From positions 192,001 to 256,000 of the forward strand of contig CAVRCF010000001.1 in the NCBI GenBank assembly GCA_963719505.1: a stretch of 64,000 nt of DNA. Direction: 5' to 3'. The translations under genes were made by a program, and so were the position numbers. This document shows positions 1 to 10,203 of the stretch, piece by piece (the stretch's first letter is position 1; each line of letters opens with the position of its first letter). The stretch comes from Halobacteriovoraceae bacterium (GTDB lineage: Bacteria > Bdellovibrionota > Bacteriovoracia > Bacteriovoracales > Bacteriovoracaceae). The notes below the pieces were generated by a model, which saw only the letters and a list, made by a program, of their open reading frames with translations, did no database searches and was not told the DNA's origin.

Positions 1-570
1 TTCGCAGATCTTTTTTTGTGTCGACAAACGGCCCGTATAAAGGAGAACACGAGAGTCTTTAGGGAGGTTATAAATCTCTCTGATATCCTTTGGATCAGTC
101 TTGTAGTAAAACTCTTTCGCATCGACTGGGAATGGGACTTTATAAACACTGTGCCCATTTAGACACTTTTTAACTAATCCTACTTGTGCATCAGAGGCAC
201 AGAAGAACTTCACTCTTCTATCCTTCAGATACTTTGCGCTTGCCAACCAATTTCGAAATAAGAGAGTGAAGTCTCCATAAACATGGATGTAGATATCTGT
301 CTTTAAATTAGAAGACTGAGTAAATAATTGCTTGAGGACATTAAGAGGGTGAGGTTTATGATCCAGAAAGATAAGTTTATCTGGTTTATGCACAATAATA
401 GAATCAACTAATCCACTGAGAGTGAAATTTTCATCTTCAAAATTGTAATTAAGCCTAACGATTTCATCGTCTTTAAAAGCTTCATCATAAGCAGACAATA
501 AATTCTTTACTATTTTAGTACAACTAAACCAGTTCGATTCGCTAAATGAATAGATTAAAGCTATTTTCAT
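1..570 (-). CDS. Glycosyltransferase, GT4/GT-B fold (5' part; runs off the window)
   Basis: Not in the ORF track. Manual translation from ATG at 570 gives MKIALIYSFSES...VPFPVDAKEF...IREIYNLPKDSRVLLYTGRLSTQKK, open to base 1. The 'P.vD...F' and 'llytGRl..qK' segments are typical of GT4. Confidence 0.75.
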   Translation of the reverse strand, partial: MKIALIYSFSESNWFSCTKIVKNLLSAYDEAFKDDEIVRLNYNFEDENFTLSGLVDSIIVHKPDKLIFLDHKPHPLNVLKQLFTQSSNLKTDIYIHVYGDFTLLFRNWLASAKYLKDRRVKFFCASDAQVGLVKKCLNGHSVYKVPFPVDAKEFYYKTDPKDIREIYNLPKDSRVLLYTGRLSTQKKICE

Positions 571-655
571 ATGAACTCTTTCTTATTTACTATATGATTA
601 ATCACAATATTTTAGTACGAAGATGAATGGAATCACAAATTATTAAGGACTTTTA

Positions 656-3217
656 ATGCAAATTGACAAAGTAGTTACCAAAAACGGACTAGAAACGCTT
701 TTCGTAAATTCTCCCGGAGCAACATCGGCCAGTGTTCAGTTCTGGTTTCGTGCAGGTAGCGCGTTAGAGAAGAAAGAAGACGAAGGAATAGCACACTTTT
801 TGGAACATATGTTTTTCAAAGGTACCAAAAAAAGACCTGGGGCCAAGATCGCTCATGAAGTTGAATCATTTGGCGGAGAGATTAATGCTTTCACCTCTTT
901 TGACTATACTTGTTATTATATTAACACGCCCGTTAACTCTTTAAATAAAACAGTCGATATTCTTATGGACATGGTTGCTAACCCTGAATTTTTAGAAAAA
1001 GAATTGATCCCCGAAAGAGAGGTCGTCTTTGAAGAGTTTAGAAGAGCTCTTGATAACCCAAATCAATTCAACTTTAAAAACCTTCAAGAGTCATCTTTCA
1101 CTAAAGGTTACGCTCATCAAATTCTAGGTTCAGAAAAAACGATTAAAAACTTTTCCAGAGAGCAATTAATAAATTTTAGAAATAAATTTTATAATATTGA
1201 AAACTCACTACTTATCGTCGCTGGTGAAATTGAATCAATGGATAAACTTGTGAATCAAATCGAGAAGTTTTCTATCCCTAGTGGAGAGAAAAGTCGTTTC
1301 CCCAAATTTGAGGTCCAAAAGAAACCGGCTTTGAATATTCACTCTAAACAAGTCAATCAATGTACAGCAACTTTTACTTTTCAAGCTCCCGAGTATTTAA
1401 ACCCTACATCTGCCGCAGAGGACTTGGCTTTAAACTGTCTGGCTTTTGGTGAGATTTCTCCTCTTTATAAAGAACTTGTAACGAAAAAGAATCTTTTGAG
1501 TGGTCTTAGTGGATCAACAATGTTTTTTAGTAATGGTGGAGTCCACTTTTTTAAGTTTGCCTGTCCAACTGAAAACCTAAACCAATCATTTATTGAACTT
1601 GAAAAAGCCTTAAAGAATGTTCTTAAGAACGGATTTACCGATATTGATGCTGATAGAATCAAGAAACAGTATATCGCCTCCAAAATCTACGAGCGTGAAT
1701 CAATAGAAGCCTATTCATTCTCTCTCGGTCACGGTTTTGCTCAAAATGGAAACATCCACTCTGAAGAAGACTTTATAAATCTCATAAAAAACACAACCGT
1801 TGAAGAAATAAGTTTAGCCTTGGTTGAGCTTTTTAAAAGAAATCTTCACGTCACGATTCAAAAGCCAGAGGAATTAAGCACCAAAGGATTACCAAAGATC
1901 GTAGAAACATTTAGAAAAAGTATTAAAACCTATGCTGAAAATCTTAAAGGCTTAAAAGATAACACCTTAATCGAGACGAGTAAGTATGACGAAAACTTAA
2001 AAGAAGTCACAATAAAAAAGGGAATTAAACTTCTTTACCGTCAAAACACGATGACACCAACATTTGTTCTTCACGCTTACCTCAAAGGAGGCTTAGCATT
2101 CGAGACCCAACAGACAAATAGCTTTTATTATTTTCTCTCAAGACTAATGACTTACGGCTATGGAAAAGTTGCATTCGAAGATTTAAAAAGAGACCTTGAA
2201 ACCAAGTCAGCCTACCTTAATGGCTTTTCAGGAAAAAACGCTTACGGTCTTACTCTTCACGGACTTACCGATAACTTCGAAAGTTTAGGTGATCATTTTT
2301 TTGGTACACTTCTAAACCCTAAGATACCTAATGACTATCTGTCCGTAGAGAAAGAACTTATTAAACGAACTCTCCATAATCACAAGCAAGATCCAGTTAA
2401 ACAATGCTTTAAAACCTTTAATGATTTCGTGTTTAATAAGCATCCATATTCTATGAGTATTATAGGCGAGGAGAGCACACTCAAGTCTGTCAAAAAGAAA
2501 AGTCTTATTGACCTTCACAAATCAAGACTTGAAAAATCAGAAATAGTTTTCACATACTGCGGTGACCTCTCTCTTTCAAAAGTCAAAAAATTGATTCAAG
2601 AAAAAACAAAGGATCTTAAACCTAGAAAGAAAGAGAAGGGCCTAAAGAATAAAATCAATCCTCTCAATGGAGAATCAACCCATATTGAATTTGACCGCGA
2701 ACAGACACATGTCTTTATTGGGAAGCCTGCTTTTTCAATTCATGACAAAGATGATCTTTACTTAAAAATGATCACCGCCTACCTCTCAGGACAATCATCG
2801 GAGCTATTTGTAGAGGTAAGAGATAAACAAGGTTTATGCTACTCTGTTCAACCAATCCACCATACTGCTCTAGAAGCTGGGTACTGGGGAATATATATCG
2901 GCGCTGGTAAAGACAAGGTTGAAGCGGCTCTCAAGGCCATTAAGAAAATCTTAGGGAAGCTTCAAAAGAAGGGACTTTCTAAGTCTGAGTTTGATAGAAT
3001 AAAGAAAATGCTGGACGGACAAAATCAACTAGCAATCCAAACAAACGAAGACTATGCAAATTTCTATAGTATCCCTGTTCTTCACGACCTGGGTGTTGAT
3101 TACCAACACGAAACCTATGAGCAGATTAGAAGTGCAAAGCATGAAGACTTTAATAAATTTCTAGCTCAGTTCTTTGATACAAAATGGAATACGATTACAG
3201 TTGGACCAACAGTTTAA
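656..3217 (+). CDS. M16 (pitrilysin/insulinase) family zinc protease, two fused M16 halves
   Basis: Inverted zinc motif HFLEH (HxxEH), INAFTS segment and 'VVFEE' glutamate; second half has the RDKQGLCY motif and no HxxEH; SD aagga upstream. Confidence 0.92.
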   Translation: MQIDKVVTKNGLETLFVNSPGATSASVQFWFRAGSALEKKEDEGIAHFLEHMFFKGTKKRPGAKIAHEVESFGGEINAFTSFDYTCYYINTPVNSLNKTVDILMDMVANPEFLEKELIPEREVVFEEFRRALDNPNQFNFKNLQESSFTKGYAHQILGSEKTIKNFSREQLINFRNKFYNIENSLLIVAGEIESMDKLVNQIEKFSIPSGEKSRFPKFEVQKKPALNIHSKQVNQCTATFTFQAPEYLNPTSAAEDLALNCLAFGEISPLYKELVTKKNLLSGLSGSTMFFSNGGVHFFKFACPTENLNQSFIELEKALKNVLKNGFTDIDADRIKKQYIASKIYERESIEAYSFSLGHGFAQNGNIHSEEDFINLIKNTTVEEISLALVELFKRNLHVTIQKPEELSTKGLPKIVETFRKSIKTYAENLKGLKDNTLIETSKYDENLKEVTIKKGIKLLYRQNTMTPTFVLHAYLKGGLAFETQQTNSFYYFLSRLMTYGYGKVAFEDLKRDLETKSAYLNGFSGKNAYGLTLHGLTDNFESLGDHFFGTLLNPKIPNDYLSVEKELIKRTLHNHKQDPVKQCFKTFNDFVFNKHPYSMSIIGEESTLKSVKKKSLIDLHKSRLEKSEIVFTYCGDLSLSKVKKLIQEKTKDLKPRKKEKGLKNKINPLNGESTHIEFDREQTHVFIGKPAFSIHDKDDLYLKMITAYLSGQSSELFVEVRDKQGLCYSVQPIHHTALEAGYWGIYIGAGKDKVEAALKAIKKILGKLQKKGLSKSEFDRIKKMLDGQNQLAIQTNEDYANFYSIPVLHDLGVDYQHETYEQIRSAKHEDFNKFLAQFFDTKWNTITVGPTV

Positions 3218-3222
3218 GTTAG

Positions 3223-3768
3223 TTATGAGGCGATAGTTGAATCTGTCGCCGAGTTCTTTAGAATAAACTCAGCTTGATCTTGGAAAAAAGATTCGCGTCC
3301 AATTGACTTAATCATAAGTGCAAGGTGATCAAAGCTTGAAGCCATCATTCTATAAAAATGAGGGACCCCCATAAAGTTTTGATCCAACTCATGCATTTTT
3401 GAATAAGCCGTTTTTCCTATCTCTGTGTAATAGTTTTTAGTTATTAATTTCTTGTTAATGGAAGCCTCAAACATGCTCGTCAACACAAGTGTGGAGTCTG
3501 CTATATCCTTATAGACTTTCTCCTTAACGGCCTTGGTTTCACTCTCTGCTTTAAGCAGTGCTAAACCATATATTTTCTCCGTGACCTTATCTCCAGAAAA
3601 ATCAAAGTACATTGATGACTGTGCATATTTATTTAAAACATTACTAGAATAGAAAAGAGTCTCTTCCGGAAGCGGGCAGACTGCTGACTTGTTGAGCTCA
3701 TAGAGCTTATCGAAAAAATATGTAGATAGGTTTGAAACTTGAATAATTTCTAATTTAGATTTCTTCAT
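3223..3768 (-). CDS. Conserved hypothetical protein
   Basis: 181-aa ORF. The 'YKDIADSTL..SMF..SINKKL....YY.EIG..AY' pattern resembles an uncharacterised family I recall from delta/gammaproteobacteria. Confidence 0.6.
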   Translation of the reverse strand: MKKSKLEIIQVSNLSTYFFDKLYELNKSAVCPLPEETLFYSSNVLNKYAQSSMYFDFSGDKVTEKIYGLALLKAESETKAVKEKVYKDIADSTLVLTSMFEASINKKLITKNYYTEIGKTAYSKMHELDQNFMGVPHFYRMMASSFDHLALMIKSIGRESFFQDQAEFILKNSATDSTIAS

Positions 3769-3856
3769 CCTTAATAGTATAGCATATTGCTAAATTGCTA
3801 TTAAAGACCGACATTTTTGCCCAAAATAAGTTTTTATTCAAAGTGATTTTAAGTAT

Positions 3857-4354
3857 TTACTCTTCGATCTCAATCATAAGGTGCCCAGAATCAATGGCTT
3901 GCCCTTCAGTAACATTAACAGTTTTTACAACACCGTCACAGCCAGCTTTGATTTCATTTTCCATCTTCATCGCTTCAAGAATCAAAAGAGTATCACCCTG
4001 ATTTACGACTGCACCTTCTGTGGTCAAGACTTTAACAATCTTCCCTGGCATGTCAGTAATCAGTTCACCTGCGTTTGCATTTGAGAGGCCTGATGGTTTA
4101 TATCCTCTATAAACTTTCATCGTCTCATTAATATTAACCAAGCCATCAAGGCTTGAGATTGTTGGAGCTTTCTCCCACGTTACTTGGTCTTCTGAAAGAT
4201 AGTTTTTACCTGCGAGGTTTTTAACAAAGTACTGATTATTTGTTTTATTCTCACCCGTAATATTAAACGCAATGACACCGTTTCTATTTTTTTGTTTAGA
4301 CGTAATATCAAAAGAAACTTCTTTTCCCTCAGAATTTATAATGTAGTACTTCAT
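3857..4354 (-). CDS. Biotin carboxyl carrier subunit with N-terminal BT-like domain
   Basis: EAMKMENE biotinylation motif and MPGKIVKV; adjacent to BC and CT genes. Confidence 0.92.
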   Translation of the reverse strand: MKYYIINSEGKEVSFDITSKQKNRNGVIAFNITGENKTNNQYFVKNLAGKNYLSEDQVTWEKAPTISSLDGLVNINETMKVYRGYKPSGLSNANAGELITDMPGKIVKVLTTEGAVVNQGDTLLILEAMKMENEIKAGCDGVVKTVNVTEGQAIDSGHLMIEIEE

Positions 4355-4387
4355 CTCTCTCTCTTTGAATAATCTTCTCTCAAAAGA

Positions 4388-5818
4388 TTAATTCCTATTT
4401 AAAATGTTTGCTTCAATGGCCACTGCTTTCTTATAAAGATTCTCAACTTTTATAAGATCAGCGACACCATCTTGTGGTCTAACTTGACTAATATAATTTG
4501 TCGTATAGTTTCCAGCAATAAAATTTTCTTCTTCTAAAATGATTTTATGAAGAGGAACATTTGTTTTAATACCTTCGATATACAATCCACTTAAAGCGCT
4601 ACGCATCTTACGTAACACTACATGTCTATTATGTCCACGGCCAATCAACTTTCCAATCATAGGGTCAAAGTCTGGTTTGACTTCTAAGCCATCGAAAATA
4701 CAGTGGTCAAATCTAATGCCCTGTCCAAAAGTTGTCTCAAACCCATTAACTTTTCCAGGTGCCGGAAGCATTGTATGTGCATCTTCTGCACAAATTCGAC
4801 ATTCAATTGAATGCCCCATAATTCTAATCTCTTCTTGAGACTTTATATCCATATCTTCACCTAGTGCGGCTTTGATCATATTTGCAACCAAGTCCACCCC
4901 AGTGATCTCTTCCGTAATAGGATGTTCAACTTGAATTCGAGTATTCATTTCAAGAAAGTAGAAAGATCTATCCTCCCCCATGATAAACTCAACTGTTCCA
5001 GCGGAGTTATAGTTTACTGCTCTAGCAAGCTTTACTGCTGTCTCACAAACTTCTAATCTCAGCTTTTCATCTTCGCCAATAAATGGAGATGGAGCTTCTT
5101 CAATAATTTTTTGATGCCTTCTTTGAACAGAACACTCTCTTTCAAAGCAGTGAAAAATATTACCTTTATTATCAGCGATGATTTGAACTTCTATATGGTG
5201 GGGATTTAAAATAAATTTTTCAACTAACACACCTGGATTTCCAAAAGAAGAAAGTGCTTCTCGCCTTACAGCTTCAAAGTTCTTATCTAAATCTGCTTCT
5301 GTTTCACAAACCCTCATCCCTTTTCCACCGCCACCAGCGACTGCTTTCAAAAGAACGGGATACCCAATATCTTTTGCTATTGCTGCTGCTTCCTTAGCCG
5401 ATTCAATCTCACCAGTCGACCCTGGAACAACTGGAACTCCTGCATCCTTTGCCATTCCCTTAGAGATGGCTTTATCTCCCATCTTATGGATAGCATCTGC
5501 ATGAGGTCCAATAAAAGCGACCTTTAGATCTTCTAATCTTTTACAAAAGTCTGTGTTTTCCGAAAGAAATCCATACCCAGGATGAACTGCATCTATTTTG
5601 TGCGCTTTAATATGCGAGATGATTTGATCCATATTGAGGTAAGTTTCAGTATTATCTTTACCTTCTAGGTGTATCCACTGATCACAATACTCTAAATGGG
5701 CAGGCTCTTTTTCATTATCAGTCCAAAAACCAACAGCCACATGCCCAAGCTCCCTGGCTGCTTTGGCAACTCTAATAGCGATCTCGCCTCTATTACAAAT
5801 TAATATTTTCTTTTTCAT
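4388..5818 (-). CDS. Biotin carboxylase subunit of an acyl-CoA carboxylase (AccC/PccA-like)
   Basis: NRGEIA, HPGYGFLSEN, GGGGKGMR, ERECSVQRRHQK and EMNTRIQVEH motifs. Confidence 0.95.
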   Translation of the reverse strand: MKKKILICNRGEIAIRVAKAARELGHVAVGFWTDNEKEPAHLEYCDQWIHLEGKDNTETYLNMDQIISHIKAHKIDAVHPGYGFLSENTDFCKRLEDLKVAFIGPHADAIHKMGDKAISKGMAKDAGVPVVPGSTGEIESAKEAAAIAKDIGYPVLLKAVAGGGGKGMRVCETEADLDKNFEAVRREALSSFGNPGVLVEKFILNPHHIEVQIIADNKGNIFHCFERECSVQRRHQKIIEEAPSPFIGEDEKLRLEVCETAVKLARAVNYNSAGTVEFIMGEDRSFYFLEMNTRIQVEHPITEEITGVDLVANMIKAALGEDMDIKSQEEIRIMGHSIECRICAEDAHTMLPAPGKVNGFETTFGQGIRFDHCIFDGLEVKPDFDPMIGKLIGRGHNRHVVLRKMRSALSGLYIEGIKTNVPLHKIILEEENFIAGNYTTNYISQVRPQDGVADLIKVENLYKKAVAIEANILNRN

Positions 5819-5833
5819 CTTTGTTCCTAGTTT

Positions 5834-7396
5834 TTAAAGAGGTATGTTTCCGTGTTTTCTAACTGGTCTTACTTCTTTTTTATCTTGAAGAAACTCTAGA
5901 TACTTAAAAATCTTAGACCTTGTTTCTTCTGGAAAAATAACTTCATCTATATAACCTAAAGAGGCTGCTTTATAAGGGTTGGCAAATTGTTCTTCGTAAT
6001 CAGCAACAAGTTGCGCTTTCTTCTTATCAAACGCCTCACCTTCAAGTCCCTTGAGCTCATTTCTAAAAATGATATTAACCGCTCCATCCGCACCCATAAC
6101 AGCGATCTCAGAAGTAGGATAAGCCAAGTTTATATCTGCTCCGATATGCTTTGATGCCATAACATCGTACGCTCCACCATAAGCCTTTCTCGTGATCAAA
6201 GTTATTTGTGGGACGGTTGCTTCACTATACGCATAAAGAAGCTTTGCTCCGTGACGAATGATTCCACCATACTCTTGTGTTGTCCCAGGCAAAAACCCAG
6301 GGACATCCACTAAAGTTAAAAGTGGAATTTCAAAAGCATCACAAAAACGAATAAATCTCGCCGCCTTTGTCGATGAATCGATATCAAGACAGCCAGCTAA
6401 AACAGCCGGTTGATTACCAATAATCCCAACCTTAAAACCACCAACCGATGCAAAGCCGCAAATAATGTTCTTAGCAAAATCTCTTTGGTACTCTAAAAAG
6501 TGTTTATCATCGACGACTTCCATGATGATTTCTTTCATGTCATAAGGTTTTTTTGAATTCACTGGCACGAAGTCTTTTAATTTATTATTTTCACGAATGA
6601 CCGAGTCTGTGGTGAATTTATTAACCGGCTTTGTGAAATTACAATTTGGTAAGAATGATAAAAGCTCTCTTGTTCTTTCCAAACAATCATCCTCATCCGT
6701 ACAGATGAAGTGTGCCACTCCTGATTTTTCATTATGCGTATGGGCTCCACCGAGCTGATCTTTAGTTACTTCTTCATGAGTTACAGTCTTCACAACCTCT
6801 GGCCCAGTGACGAACATGTAAGAGGTTTTATCCACCATAAAAATAAAGTCAGTCATTGCCGGAGAATAGACGGCTCCACCTGCACAAGGCCCCATAATAA
6901 GGGAAATCTGTGGTATCACACCTGATGCTTGGACGTTTCGATGGAAAATATCTGCATAGCCTGCAAGGGACTCAACACCCTCTTGAATTCTGGCCCCACC
7001 TGAATCGTTTATACCAATAACAGGGATTCTATTTTCAATTGCAAAATCCATGATCTTACATATTTTCTTTGCATACGCCATCCCAAGCGCTCCCCCCCAA
7101 CAGGTAAAGTCCTGAGAGAAGATGGCAACTCTTTGGCCATTAATTTTCCCAACACCTGTGATAACACCATCACCAAGAAACTTTTGTTTTTCAAGTCCAA
7201 ATGAATGACTGTTGTGAGTGACAAACTTGTCAAACTCTAGAAATGAATTTGGATCTACTAATTTTTCAACCCTTTCTCTAGCTGTATATTTTCCTTGGTC
7301 GTGCTGACGCGCAATTCTCTGCTCGCCTCCACCAAGAAGTGCTTTTTGATTTTGTGACTCTAAGAGATCTCTTTTATCCTGATTGGAAAGCGACAT
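5834..7396 (-). CDS. pccB: Acyl-CoA (propionyl-CoA-type) carboxylase carboxyltransferase beta subunit
   Basis: [38 protein letters not shown] and C-terminal KHGNIPL. Confidence 0.9.
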   Translation of the reverse strand: MSLSNQDKRDLLESQNQKALLGGGEQRIARQHDQGKYTARERVEKLVDPNSFLEFDKFVTHNSHSFGLEKQKFLGDGVITGVGKINGQRVAIFSQDFTCWGGALGMAYAKKICKIMDFAIENRIPVIGINDSGGARIQEGVESLAGYADIFHRNVQASGVIPQISLIMGPCAGGAVYSPAMTDFIFMVDKTSYMFVTGPEVVKTVTHEEVTKDQLGGAHTHNEKSGVAHFICTDEDDCLERTRELLSFLPNCNFTKPVNKFTTDSVIRENNKLKDFVPVNSKKPYDMKEIIMEVVDDKHFLEYQRDFAKNIICGFASVGGFKVGIIGNQPAVLAGCLDIDSSTKAARFIRFCDAFEIPLLTLVDVPGFLPGTTQEYGGIIRHGAKLLYAYSEATVPQITLITRKAYGGAYDVMASKHIGADINLAYPTSEIAVMGADGAVNIIFRNELKGLEGEAFDKKKAQLVADYEEQFANPYKAASLGYIDEVIFPEETRSKIFKYLEFLQDKKEVRPVRKHGNIPL

Positions 7397-7438
7397 ATCT
7401 ACTCCTTAATATTTAAGTCGTATTTATACCTTTTTGGT

Positions 7439-7469
7439 AAAAAAAAGGAAAGCCATTGGCCTTCCTTTT
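7439..7469 (-). terminator. Intrinsic terminator after the sigma54 activator gene
   Basis: Minus strand aaaaggaaggccaatggctttcc followed by a T-run. Confidence 0.7.
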
Positions 7470-7501
7470 ATTCTTTGATATTTTAAATGTTTATTTTCAC
7501 T

Positions 7502-9079
7502 TTATTCGTTTGCTGCTTTGTTTCTTTTATCCAATCCGTATTTATCCACTTTCATGATTAAACCAGCTCTTGAAATTCCAAGCTCTTTAGAAAGTCTTGA
7601 TTTATTGTAGTTGCAACGCTTCAATCCCTCTTTAATCATATAAGCTTCTAACTCATCTAACGCAGCCTTCAGTCCGCCTTTAGTATTAATTCCTTTAAGA
7701 TTTCCAACTTTCGCTGGCCCATCCACAGCATCTGTAATGACACTACTCAATAGATCAGGGGTAATGTTTTTATCAGAGCCCGCAAGGACAACAAGTCTTT
7801 CAACTTCATTTTGTAATTGCCTTACGTTACCAGGCCACTTGAAATCAATCATCTTCTCAATTGTTTTCTTAGACCATGTTTTTAGCGGATGTCCCATCTC
7901 TGCACACTTCTTATCCAAGAAATGATCCATTAGAACTGGAATATCCTCAGGTCTTTCTCGAAGAGAAGGAAGACCAACATTAATAACGTTTATTCTATAG
8001 TAAAGGTCTTCTCTAAACTCACCTTTTTGAATCATCTCTTTGAGTGGCTTATTCGTTGCCGCAACAACTCTAACATTTACCTTTTTAGCCTGGGTTGCAC
8101 CAACCGGAAGGAAAGTTCCCTCCTGCAAGACTCTTAGAAGTTTTACCTGCATAGCAAGCGTCATATCTCCAATCTCATCTAAAAATAATGTTCCACCGTT
8201 TGCTGCTTCAAAGAAGCCCTTTTTATCTTTAATTGCACCTGTAAATGACCCCTTCACATGCCCAAATAGTTCTGAGTCTAGAAGGTTGTCGTTAAATGCT
8301 GAACAGTTCACTGCGAGGAAAACTGCATCTTTTCTTGGTGAGCTAAAGTGAATTGCTTTTGCTACCATCTCCTTACCTGTACCGTTTTCACCTTGAATAA
8401 GTATTGTTGCCTCAGAACTCGATACCTTTGTTAGAAGGTGATAAACATCCTGCATAGGCTTCGATTTACCGATTATATTGTGATATCTATACTTGTTGCC
8501 AAGTTGAGCGTTTAGGTCTTGAATCCTCGATTCTCTCTTACCAACTTCTTCAGTCACAACAGAGATCTCTTGAGCCACTAAACCAATTAATTCTTTAAGA
8601 TATTCATATTCGTGAACTGCAAGCTTTTTAAGGTTATCGCATGCGCTTGTCGCATCGACCTCAGTTGCACCACAAGACACAAGTTTATCGACAATTTCTT
8701 TTCCTTCTCCAGTAGTCAAAAGATCAGTTACATAAGGATAAGCAAAGACGGCTCCTTGAAATTCACCATCAATTACTATCTTTGACGCCAACATTCGCAC
8801 ATGAGGAAAGAATGAATCAAAGTAAAAACAGTGTCCTTCAGCCTCTTGTACTTTAGCTAAACCCTTTTGAATATCTTCAGCGAGAAAGTCTTTTCCGTGG
8901 GGCATGTGGAGTTGAACTTTAAAAAAGTGGTTAACAAAGTCGTAGTCTTTATCGTGAATATTAGAGTGAATATTTCCATGCTTGTCAGTATAGAAGATAT
9001 CAACCCCGAACCACTTTCCGATAACCTCTTCTAGCTTCTTGTTTGCGTGTAAATCTTTTATTGCTGTCCAATCAATCAT
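7502..9079 (-). CDS. Sigma54-dependent enhancer-binding protein (PocR-like sensor + AAA+ + Fis HTH)
   Basis: Walker A GENGTGKE, ELFGHVKGSFTGA loop, Walker B LFLDEIG, FREDLYYR, WPGNVRQL, C-terminal HTH; no receiver domain. Confidence 0.93.
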   Translation of the reverse strand: MIDWTAIKDLHANKKLEEVIGKWFGVDIFYTDKHGNIHSNIHDKDYDFVNHFFKVQLHMPHGKDFLAEDIQKGLAKVQEAEGHCFYFDSFFPHVRMLASKIVIDGEFQGAVFAYPYVTDLLTTGEGKEIVDKLVSCGATEVDATSACDNLKKLAVHEYEYLKELIGLVAQEISVVTEEVGKRESRIQDLNAQLGNKYRYHNIIGKSKPMQDVYHLLTKVSSSEATILIQGENGTGKEMVAKAIHFSSPRKDAVFLAVNCSAFNDNLLDSELFGHVKGSFTGAIKDKKGFFEAANGGTLFLDEIGDMTLAMQVKLLRVLQEGTFLPVGATQAKKVNVRVVAATNKPLKEMIQKGEFREDLYYRINVINVGLPSLRERPEDIPVLMDHFLDKKCAEMGHPLKTWSKKTIEKMIDFKWPGNVRQLQNEVERLVVLAGSDKNITPDLLSSVITDAVDGPAKVGNLKGINTKGGLKAALDELEAYMIKEGLKRCNYNKSRLSKELGISRAGLIMKVDKYGLDKRNKAANE

Positions 9080-9205
9080 ATTAGTCTCCTGACCTTATTA
9101 CTGTCTAGATACTAATCGGATTCAATGCCATGAAACTTGACATTAAGGCCATAAAAAGACCATATTTTTTACATCTTGGAGATTTTACTGTTTAATTTCA
9201 GTTAC

Positions 9206-9757
9206 TTAGATATTGTTTAAAAGATCGACAAAATGTTTTTGTGTCCACTCCTGACGTCCCACATACTTCTTAATGATGCTTAAATCTTTGTCAAATAGAA
9301 AGGTCTCAGGAAGTCTAAAGGTACCAAATGACTTTTGGTGAACTGAACCATCATCGATGACAATTGTGTAGTTCGAATAATCTCCAAACTTTTTAATAAA
9401 TTTTTTAATCTTTTTTTTATCATCATTAACGGCCACAAAGACAAACTCAACATCTTGGTTGTCTTTCATAATTTTTGTTAATTCCAACAGTTCCGGAAAT
9501 TCTTTTTCACAAGGTGCACACCATGTGGCCCAAAAGTGAACCATAAGCTTTTTACCGCTCTTGGCAAGCTTTGATAGATCCAAGCTATCCTCTGACTCAT
9601 GCACTTTAAATGACACCTCAGGGAGCTTTGTAATGACTGTATTAGTTTTAAAGGTATTAAAGCTTGAAAATTTTTTATCTAACATCACACCTTGATAGGT
9701 TACATAACCAAATGCGACGATAATAATGGAAAACACGAATACTAGTTTTTGATTCAT
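9206..9757 (-). CDS. TlpA/ResA-family membrane-anchored thiol-disulfide oxidoreductase
   Basis: FWATWCAPC motif, N-terminal transmembrane segment, LPET cis-Pro loop. Confidence 0.9.
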   Translation of the reverse strand: MNQKLVFVFSIIIVAFGYVTYQGVMLDKKFSSFNTFKTNTVITKLPEVSFKVHESEDSLDLSKLAKSGKKLMVHFWATWCAPCEKEFPELLELTKIMKDNQDVEFVFVAVNDDKKKIKKFIKKFGDYSNYTIVIDDGSVHQKSFGTFRLPETFLFDKDLSIIKKYVGRQEWTQKHFVDLLNNI

Positions 9758-9760
9758 AAT

Positions 9761-9792
9761 AAAAAAGCCCTCATATTAGATATGAGGGCTTT
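9761..9792 (-). terminator. Intrinsic terminator of the ribosomal-protein/alpha operon
   Basis: aagccctcata-ttaga-tatgagggctt hairpin with a T-run on the minus strand, just after rplQ. Confidence 0.85.
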
Positions 9793-9827
9793 ATAAACTG
9801 TTTTTGATTCTTTGTTAACTTAAAAGA

Positions 9828-10187
9828 TTAATCAACAAATGAGATATAACCCATCTTTGAAGCATCGCCTAACCTTTGGTCAGCAAGCTTAACAATTCTA
9901 GTATATCCACCATTTCTCTCTTTAAACTTAGGACCAACATTTCCGAAAAGTTTTGCAACAGCATCTTTGTTATTTAGTTTTTTGAAAGCAAGTCTTCTGT
10001 TATGAACAGAATCTACCTTTGCGATAGTAACAAGCTTCTCTAAATAAATTCTTTGTCGCTTTAGCTTTAGTTGAGTTGTCTTAATTTTACCGTGATCGAT
10101 AACTTCAATAGCCAAGTTTCTCATTAAAGATTTTCTATGTGCCGGGTTTACGCCTAATTTAAACTTATGTTTTGAGTGTCTCATCAT
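9828..10187 (-). CDS. rplQ: 50S ribosomal protein L17
   Basis: MRH...HRKSLMRNL...RNGGYTRI. Probably contains a compensating indel pair near 10052-10075. Confidence 0.97.
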   Translation of the reverse strand: MMRHSKHKFKLGVNPAHRKSLMRNLAIEVIDHGKIKTTQLKLKRQRIYLEKLVTIAKVDSVHNRRLAFKKLNNKDAVAKLFGNVGPKFKERNGGYTRIVKLADQRLGDASKMGYISFVD

Positions 10188-10203
10188 TTACTCCTGATTA
10201 TTT

